Positions 28,533 through 34,930 of a stretch of 34,930 nt of DNA are shown one piece after another (the first letter of the stretch is position 1; every line of letters begins with the position of its first letter). Where the stretch lies: positions 12,310 through 47,239 of the forward strand of contig CAYXHH010000002.1 of NCBI GenBank assembly GCA_964464725.1, in the 5' to 3' direction. The notes under the pieces are model-generated. The model had not been told where the DNA came from, did not search any database, and worked only from the letters and a program-made list of their open reading frames with translations. The position numbers were made by a program, and so were the translations under genes. Source of the DNA: an uncultured Methylotenera sp. (GTDB lineage: Bacteria; Pseudomonadota; Gammaproteobacteria; Burkholderiales; Methylophilaceae).

Positions 28533-29629
28533 TGCTTGCTTCTCCAGTGACAAATTTCGGTTCCGGCACACTGATGGTGATGGCGGGCGGTACCGGCGGC
28601 CATGTGTATCCTGCGATGGCAGTGGCAGATTTAATGCAAGCGCATGGTTGGAAAATAGTCTGGTTGGTGACTGAGGGGGGCATGGAGAATAGGCTTTTGG
28701 AGCGTAAAAATTATAGCAAAGCCACAATCAAGATGCGTGGAGTACGTGGCAAAGGCTTGCTGGGATGGGTTTTATTGCCTATGAAGCTGGCAACAGCATT
28801 TAAACAAAGTTATTTAGCCATTAAAGAATATCAACCCACAGTGGTGTTAGGCATGGGTGGTTTTGCGGCGTTCCCTGGAGGAATGATGGCTAAGTTGCTT
28901 GGGAAACCATTAGTGATACACGAGCAAAATTCAATAGCTGGCCTAACCAATAAAACCTTGGCAATTTTTGCAAATAGAGTACTGGCAGCATTCCCAATGG
29001 CATTTGGTAATGGAGTTAGTTTGGTAGGCAACCCAGTAAGACAGGAAATCACGGCATTACCCGCTCCTGAACAAAGGTATGCGGAACGTACTGGTAGTTT
29101 AAGGCTATTAGTCGTGGGAGGCAGCTTGGGTGCGGCTGCATTAAATGAGGTTCTACCCAAAGCGATAGCGGGCTTACCTAAAGACAAGCGTCCTGAGGTA
29201 ATACATCAAGCAGGCGAAAAGCATATTGCAGACTTAGAGGCTAATTATAAAGCGGCTGGTGTCGAAGCAGAAACCAAAGCATTTATAAATAACATGGCAG
29301 ACATGTATGCATGGGCAGATGTTGTGATTTGTCGTGCAGGTGCGCTCACTATCGCTGAGTTAGCATGCGTTGGGGTAGCAAGTGTACTAGTGCCTTTCCC
29401 ACACGCGGTAGATGATCACCAAACCTACAACGCTAAATACTTAAGTGATGCAGGGGCAGCAAAATTGATACAACAAACAGAGTTAAGTGTGGCGGTTGCG
29501 ACTGACATACTCACTCACTTAACGCGAGAAATATGTTTGCAAATGGCTATTAAGGCAAAGCAGTTGGCTAAGCCAGAAGCCACCAGTGCGGTCGCAAAAA
29601 TATGTATGGAGACAGCGCTAGCTAAATAA
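28529..29629 (+). CDS. murG: Lipid II GlcNAc transferase MurG
   Basis: [24 protein letters not shown] and [10 protein letters not shown]. Confidence 0.97.
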   Translation: MMLASPVTNFGSGTLMVMAGGTGGHVYPAMAVADLMQAHGWKIVWLVTEGGMENRLLERKNYSKATIKMRGVRGKGLLGWVLLPMKLATAFKQSYLAIKEYQPTVVLGMGGFAAFPGGMMAKLLGKPLVIHEQNSIAGLTNKTLAIFANRVLAAFPMAFGNGVSLVGNPVRQEITALPAPEQRYAERTGSLRLLVVGGSLGAAALNEVLPKAIAGLPKDKRPEVIHQAGEKHIADLEANYKAAGVEAETKAFINNMADMYAWADVVICRAGALTIAELACVGVASVLVPFPHAVDDHQTYNAKYLSDAGAAKLIQQTELSVAVATDILTHLTREICLQMAIKAKQLAKPEATSAVAKICMETALAK

Positions 29630-29632
29630 ACA

Positions 29633-31045
29633 ATGAAACATAAAGTTAAACATATTCATTTTGTAGGAATTGGCGGTGCTGGTATGAGCGGTATTGCCGA
29701 AGTGCTGATTAATTTGGGCTTTGAAGTCTCTGGTTCTGACTTGGCCAAAAATATGACGACTGAGCGCTTGGTAAAATTTGGTGCGACCGTATATCAAGGA
29801 CATGCCACAGAAAATTTAATCGATGCAGATGTGGTAGTGGTGTCTTCAGCTGTCAATGAGCAAAACCCTGAGGTGATAGCGGCGCGCGCAAAAAATATTC
29901 CAGTAGTGCCGCGGGCCATCATGTTGGCAGAACTTATGCGTTTTAGACAAGGAATCGCTATTGCTGGTACCCACGGTAAAACCACTACCACCAGTTTAAT
30001 TGCGAGCATATTGGCTGAAGCTGGTATGGACCCAACATTTGTAATAGGGGGGAAATTAGAAGCTGCGAGTGCGAATGCCCGTTTAGGGACGGGTGAGTGG
30101 ATAGTGGCTGAGGCTGACGAATCGGATGCTTCATTCTTGCACTTAACACCAGTATTAGCGGTTGTTACCAATATCGATCAAGACCACATGGATACCTATG
30201 AGCATAGTTTTGATAAATTAAAAAGTGCGTTTGTTGAGTTCTTACAGCAACTACCATTTTGGGGTATGGCAGTGCTTTGTGTAGATGACGCCAATGTGCG
30301 AGAGATTTTGCCGCGCGTGACTAAACCAGTCATGACCTATGGCTTTAGTGATGACGCGCGTATACGTGGAAGAAATGTGCGCGCAGATAACGGCAAGATG
30401 CATTTTACGGTAGATAGAATCAATGGCGTTACAACCACATTCGACGTGACTTTAAACTTACCAGGTAAACATTATGTGTTAAACGCGCTTGCAGCAATTG
30501 CAATTGCGAGCGAGTTAAGTATCGAAGACAAATATATTATTAAAGCGCTGGCAGAATTTAGAGGAGTAGGTCGTCGTTTTGAGCGTTATGGTGAAGTGCC
30601 AGCAAAATCAGGTGGCACATTTACCTTGATTGATGATTATGGACATCACCCCGTTGAGATGCAGGCAGTCATTGCTGCCGCGCGTGATGCATTCCCAACA
30701 CGCCGTTTAGTCTTAGCATTTCAGCCGCATCGCTATACCCGCACCCGTGATTGCTTTGAAGATTTTGTAAAAGTCATTTCTACAGCAGATGTGGCACTCC
30801 TTACTGACGTTTATTCGGCTGGTGAAGCAGCCATTGTGGCGGCAGATACCCGCAGTTTAATTCGTGCGATTCGAGTACAAGGGAAAGTGGAGCCAGTGTA
30901 TGTAGAGACCACTAATGCCATGCCAGAAGCGATTTTAAATATGGCTCAGGCAGGTGATGTCGTGATTGTGATGGGCGCAGGTTCGATTGGGCATGTGGCA
31001 CTAAAAACAAAAGAGTTGGCGAATGCAGGAGGGCGGAAATCATGA
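29633..31045 (+). CDS. murC: UDP-MurNAc:L-Ala ligase
   Basis: [31 protein letters not shown] and FQPHRYTR. Confidence 0.98.
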   Translation: MKHKVKHIHFVGIGGAGMSGIAEVLINLGFEVSGSDLAKNMTTERLVKFGATVYQGHATENLIDADVVVVSSAVNEQNPEVIAARAKNIPVVPRAIMLAELMRFRQGIAIAGTHGKTTTTSLIASILAEAGMDPTFVIGGKLEAASANARLGTGEWIVAEADESDASFLHLTPVLAVVTNIDQDHMDTYEHSFDKLKSAFVEFLQQLPFWGMAVLCVDDANVREILPRVTKPVMTYGFSDDARIRGRNVRADNGKMHFTVDRINGVTTTFDVTLNLPGKHYVLNALAAIAIASELSIEDKYIIKALAEFRGVGRRFERYGEVPAKSGGTFTLIDDYGHHPVEMQAVIAAARDAFPTRRLVLAFQPHRYTRTRDCFEDFVKVISTADVALLTDVYSAGEAAIVAADTRSLIRAIRVQGKVEPVYVETTNAMPEAILNMAQAGDVVIVMGAGSIGHVALKTKELANAGGRKS

Positions 31046-31956
31046 CCGAAATTGGCATAGAAGCGACTGAACATAAAGCAACTGGACAATCCAAATTGTT
31101 AATAAATGAGTCATTGGCGCGCTATACCAGCTGGCGTGTCGGTGGAAAAGCTGACCGCTTATTTATCGCTGAGAATTTAAATGAATTGCAAGCATTTATA
31201 AAAACAGTAGATAGCGCTGAACCCATTGAGTTTATTGGCTTAGGCAGTAATTTATTAGTAAGAGATGGCGGTGTGCGTGGCACGGTGATTGTGATGCATC
31301 AAGCGCTGAGTGAATTGCGCAAAGACGGCAAATATATCTATGCTGAAGCGGGTGTAACGTGTGGCAAGTTAGCAAGATTTTGTGCGAATCAATCGAAGCA
31401 GGGTGCTGAGTTTATGGCAGGAATTCCTGGCACTGTGGGCGGTGCATTGGCGATGAATGCAGGCTGCTATGGCACAGAAACATGGAATATTGTGCACCAA
31501 GTACTCACCATTAATCGTCAGGGTGAGACACATGTGCGGAATCATTCTGAATTTATTGCAAGTTATCGGCATGTTGAAATGCCAGTACCAAACGAGTGGT
31601 TTTTGGGTGGATGGTTTAACTTAGAACCAGGCGTTGCAGAAGAGTCCATGCATAAAATTAAAAATTTACTTGCGACTAGGTTAGCTAGTCAGCCACTAAA
31701 TTTGCCAAGTGCAGGTTCTACTTTTAGAAATCCACATGGAGATTATGCGGCCAGATTAATTGAAGCCTCTGGCTTAAAAGGCTATCAAATTGGTGGTGCA
31801 CAAGTTTCGCCTAAGCATGCAAATTTTATCGTGAATGTGGGTGATGCGACGGCAATGGATATAGAGCTTCTGATTAGACATATGAAAGATACTGTTCTAG
31901 AAAAGCAAGGCGTGGCTTTACAGCAAGAAGTACGTGTGATTGGTGAGTATGCATAG
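31042..31956 (+). CDS. murB: UDP-N-acetylenolpyruvoylglucosamine reductase (short type II)
   Basis: [39 protein letters not shown] and EV at the C-terminus; 304 aa. Confidence 0.96.
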   Translation: MTEIGIEATEHKATGQSKLLINESLARYTSWRVGGKADRLFIAENLNELQAFIKTVDSAEPIEFIGLGSNLLVRDGGVRGTVIVMHQALSELRKDGKYIYAEAGVTCGKLARFCANQSKQGAEFMAGIPGTVGGALAMNAGCYGTETWNIVHQVLTINRQGETHVRNHSEFIASYRHVEMPVPNEWFLGGWFNLEPGVAEESMHKIKNLLATRLASQPLNLPSAGSTFRNPHGDYAARLIEASGLKGYQIGGAQVSPKHANFIVNVGDATAMDIELLIRHMKDTVLEKQGVALQQEVRVIGEYA

Positions 31957-31960
31957 CAAT

Positions 31961-32896
31961 ATGAAAAAATTTGGAAAAGTAGCGGTGTTATTTGGCGGGA
32001 AATCTGCTGAGCGCGAAGTATCGCTCAAAAGTGGCAGTGCTGTGCTAGCAGCATTGTTGCGTCAAGGCGTGAATGCGCACGCTTTTGACCCAGCAACACA
32101 AGATTTAAATGTGTTAAAAAGTTTTGACCGTGCATTTAATTCGTTACACGGGCGTTATGGCGAAGATGGCACGATACAAGGCTTGTTAACCTTAATGAAT
32201 ATCCCATTTACCGGCAGTGGAGTGATGGCTTCGAGCGTGGGCATGGATAAATGGCGTACTAAATTATTATGGCGCGCTTTAAATGTGAAAACCCCAGACT
32301 TTGAAATCGTAAACGCGCAAAGTGATTTTGCGGCGATAGAGAAAAAGTTAGGGTTGCCACTGTTTGTAAAACCTGCAAATGAGGGGTCGAGTATTGGCAT
32401 TACAAAGGTAAAGGAAATGGGAGGCCTGGAACCCGCTTATCTATTGGCTTGCAAAGCAGACCCGCTGGTAATTGCGGAAAAATATATAGGGGGTGGTGAG
32501 TACACAGTTGGCATATTGGGTGACACTGCTTTACCCATCGTACGTATTGTGCCTAAAAATGAATTTTATGATTACGAAGCAAAATATCTGCGCGACGATA
32601 CACAGTATTTATGCCCTTGTGGCTTAAGTGCTGAGGCTGAAGCAAAAATTCAACAAGAGGCTTTGCAAGCATTTCGCGCAATTGGATGCACTGGTTGGGG
32701 ACGCGTAGATTTTTTAATGGATGAAGCGGGTAATCATTACTTTTTAGAAGTAAATACTAGTCCTGGCATGACTGACCATAGTTTAGTGCCTATGGCGGCA
32801 AAAGCTGCTGGAATGAGTTTTGATGATTTAGTGATACACATTTTAAGTATGACGTTGAACCAAGAAGAAATACTGGAAGAAAGTCATGTGGGATAA
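31961..32896 (+). CDS. ddl: D-alanine--D-alanine ligase
   Basis: [35 protein letters not shown] and EVNTSPGMT. Start is ATG 31961 or 31949. Confidence 0.97.
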   Translation: MKKFGKVAVLFGGKSAEREVSLKSGSAVLAALLRQGVNAHAFDPATQDLNVLKSFDRAFNSLHGRYGEDGTIQGLLTLMNIPFTGSGVMASSVGMDKWRTKLLWRALNVKTPDFEIVNAQSDFAAIEKKLGLPLFVKPANEGSSIGITKVKEMGGLEPAYLLACKADPLVIAEKYIGGGEYTVGILGDTALPIVRIVPKNEFYDYEAKYLRDDTQYLCPCGLSAEAEAKIQQEALQAFRAIGCTGWGRVDFLMDEAGNHYFLEVNTSPGMTDHSLVPMAAKAAGMSFDDLVIHILSMTLNQEEILEESHVG

Positions 32897-33665
32897 GCCA
32901 AGATTACTCAATTGGTTAGCTAATTTGCTATTTGCACTAGCGGTTGTAATTTTTTTATATGCGCTGTTATTTGTGGTGGTGCATTTGCCTATATTTCCTA
33001 TTCGTGAGGTAAAGGTTGAGGGGCAGTTGGCGCACGTGAATCGTGAACAAATCAAGCTGATTGTAGCAAAACATTTAAAAGGGAATTTTTTTACCTTGGA
33101 TTTAGAAAAAACACGTGATGCATTCGAAAAGTTGCCTTGGGCGCGCAATGTGAGTGTGCGTCGTCGTTGGCCAGATAAGTTAGATGTTTCGATTGAAGAA
33201 CATCAAGCCTTAGCACGCTGGGGAAATATCGCATTGGTTAATACGCATGGCGAACTATTTCAAGCGGCATCAGATGCAGATTTGCCCGTTTTTTACGGCC
33301 CAGGTGATGGCGTAATGGAAGTGACAAAAAGTTATGGAAGCTATAGCGAAGTGTTAAACAAAGCGGATATCAAAATTGCGCAAGTCATCCTTTCGCCAAG
33401 GCGTAGTTGGGAAATTAAGACAAATAAAGGGCTGAAAATTGCTTTGGGTCGGGTAGACATGGAAGCGCGCTTAGATAAATTCGCGCGTGCTTATATCAGC
33501 ACTTTAAGTAAGTTGAATGTAAAAGTGACTTACGCAGATTTGCGATATCCAAATGGATTTGCAGTTCGTAAACCAAACCATTTGAAGTCAGAACTGAAAA
33601 CGCCAGCAACAAAAGCGATAAACCCTGCAGTAAAAACAAATGCTGCAGTGCAAGTGAAGGCTTAA
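32886..33665 (+). CDS. ftsQ: Cell division protein FtsQ
   Basis: N-terminal TM segment, POTRA domain (LPW...VRRRWP) and [10 protein letters not shown]. Confidence 0.95.
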   Translation: MWDKPRLLNWLANLLFALAVVIFLYALLFVVVHLPIFPIREVKVEGQLAHVNREQIKLIVAKHLKGNFFTLDLEKTRDAFEKLPWARNVSVRRRWPDKLDVSIEEHQALARWGNIALVNTHGELFQAASDADLPVFYGPGDGVMEVTKSYGSYSEVLNKADIKIAQVILSPRRSWEIKTNKGLKIALGRVDMEARLDKFARAYISTLSKLNVKVTYADLRYPNGFAVRKPNHLKSELKTPATKAINPAVKTNAAVQVKA

Positions 33666-33725
33666 ATTAAGTCAAGCGTTTAACTTTTAGGAAAAAAAGG
33701 CAAGTATGAAAAAGGGAGTATGTAA

Positions 33726-34930
33726 ATGAGTAAAGTCCGTGAAGATAAAAACCTAATTGTAGGTTTAGATATCGGTACTTCAAAAATTGTGACGATTGTG
33801 GCTGAGCTGCTGCCAGAAGGCACATTGAAGGTGATCGGATTAGGGCAGCATCCGTCTCGCGGCTTAAAAAAAGGCGTGGTGGTGAATATTGACTCTACCA
33901 TGCAGGCAATTCAGCGCTCACTTGAAGAGGCAGAGTTGATGGCGGATTGCAAAATTAAGTCGGTGTTTACTGGTATTGCTGGCAATCATATTAAAAGTCT
34001 CAATTCGCATGGCATGGTCAAGATTAAAGATGCTGAAGTATCGCAAATGGATGTTGATCGTGTGGTTGAAACGGCGCGCGCCGTTGCATTACCAGCTGAT
34101 CAGCAGATTTTACATATCTTAACCCAAGAGTTCATTATCGATGGTCAAGACGATGTGCGCGAACCACTTGGCATGAGTGGTATGAAGTTGGAAGTAAAGG
34201 TGCATATTGTTACAGGCGCAGTGGCCGCAGCCCAAAATATCGTCAAGTGTATTAAGCGTTGCGGTTTAGAAGTGAGCGATTTAATTCTACAACCCTTGGC
34301 TTCTAGTATTGCGGTATTGACGGAAGATGAAAAAGAACTCGGTGTTTGTTTGGTTGATATCGGCGGTGGTACCACAGATATTGCCGTATTTAAAAATGGC
34401 GCCATTCGTCACACTGCGGTGATTGCGATTGCGGGCGATCAAATGACCAATGATATTGCAGTGGCTTTCCGCACACCTACACAATCAGCTGAAGACATCA
34501 AGATTAAGCATGGTTGTGCGCTCAGACAATTGGCTGATCCACGAGATGTCGTTGAGGTACCAGGGGTTGATGGTCGTGAAGCGCGTCAACTATCGATTCA
34601 GACGCTAGCCGAGGTCATTGAGCCACGTGTTGTAGAGCTTTACGAATTGGTATTGCAAGAGTTGCGCCGCAGCGGCATGGAAGAAATGATTGCCTCAGGC
34701 ATCGTGATTACTGGGGGCTCAGCCATGATGCGCGGCATGATGGAGTTGGGCGAGGAGATATTCCATATGCCAGTGAGATTGGGCATGCCACGCTATGTAG
34801 GCGGGCTTTCAGAAGTCATTAGCAATCCACGTTATGCGACTGGTGTGGGCTTGATTTTAATGGGTAAGCAACAGCTTGAGCGCCATTTAACTGGGCAAAT
34901 GGAATCGACATCGATTGGACGGATATTTGA
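33726..34930 (+). CDS. ftsA: Cell division protein FtsA, 3'-truncated by the window edge
   Basis: Absent from the ORF track because there is no stop in the window. Hand translation gives MSKVREDKNLIVGLDIGTSK...VDIGGGTTD...ITGG...YATGVGL. SD GGGAG at 33714-33718. Confidence 0.97.
   Translation, partial: MSKVREDKNLIVGLDIGTSKIVTIVAELLPEGTLKVIGLGQHPSRGLKKGVVVNIDSTMQAIQRSLEEAELMADCKIKSVFTGIAGNHIKSLNSHGMVKIKDAEVSQMDVDRVVETARAVALPADQQILHILTQEFIIDGQDDVREPLGMSGMKLEVKVHIVTGAVAAAQNIVKCIKRCGLEVSDLILQPLASSIAVLTEDEKELGVCLVDIGGGTTDIAVFKNGAIRHTAVIAIAGDQMTNDIAVAFRTPTQSAEDIKIKHGCALRQLADPRDVVEVPGVDGREARQLSIQTLAEVIEPRVVELYELVLQELRRSGMEEMIASGIVITGGSAMMRGMMELGEEIFHMPVRLGMPRYVGGLSEVISNPRYATGVGLILMGKQQLERHLTGQMESTSIGRIF

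Noticed and set aside
31042..31956. murB located inside the dcw cluster
   Set aside because: This differs from E. coli, but murC-murB-ddl is a common arrangement in many bacteria.
1..34930. Numerous 60-136 aa antisense or alternate-frame ORFs inside housekeeping genes; search for CRISPR arrays, IS elements, integrases, tRNA/rRNA and defence genes
   Set aside because: The shadow ORFs overlap well-conserved genes and lack motifs. I saw no repeat-spacer array, transposase, integrase, tRNA, rRNA or defence-like gene.

Overview
This is a mostly housekeeping chromosomal window from a moderately AT-rich betaproteobacterium. Gene content and order, plus an RNase P RNA lacking P13/P14, fit a Methylophilaceae (Methylotenera-like) methylotroph; this is inference, no search was run. 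Left to right: a NAD-dependent Mo formate dehydrogenase operon (fdsB partial, fdsA, fdhD, fdsD, TauE/SafE permease); a minus-strand trxA-rho-rpmE-ArnT-like block interrupted by two tandem paralogous small genes of unknown function; a FimW-like degenerate PilZ protein divergent from a TlpA thioredoxin; DUF3579, a DolP-like BON lipoprotein, yraN, rsmI and pyrC; a secreted EF-hand+BON protein and a small secreted protein; rnpB; a ~680-bp structured intergenic region; and the dcw cluster from mraZ to ftsA (truncated). I see no mobile element, CRISPR array, tRNA or rRNA. The best leads for something undescribed are (1) the tandem small-protein pair at 8528-9041, (2) a candidate minus-strand sRNA between rnpB and mraZ with an orphan terminator, C-rich loops and A-rich repeats, and (3) the periplasmic EF-hand-BON fusion. 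None can be shown to be a novel system from sequence alone.
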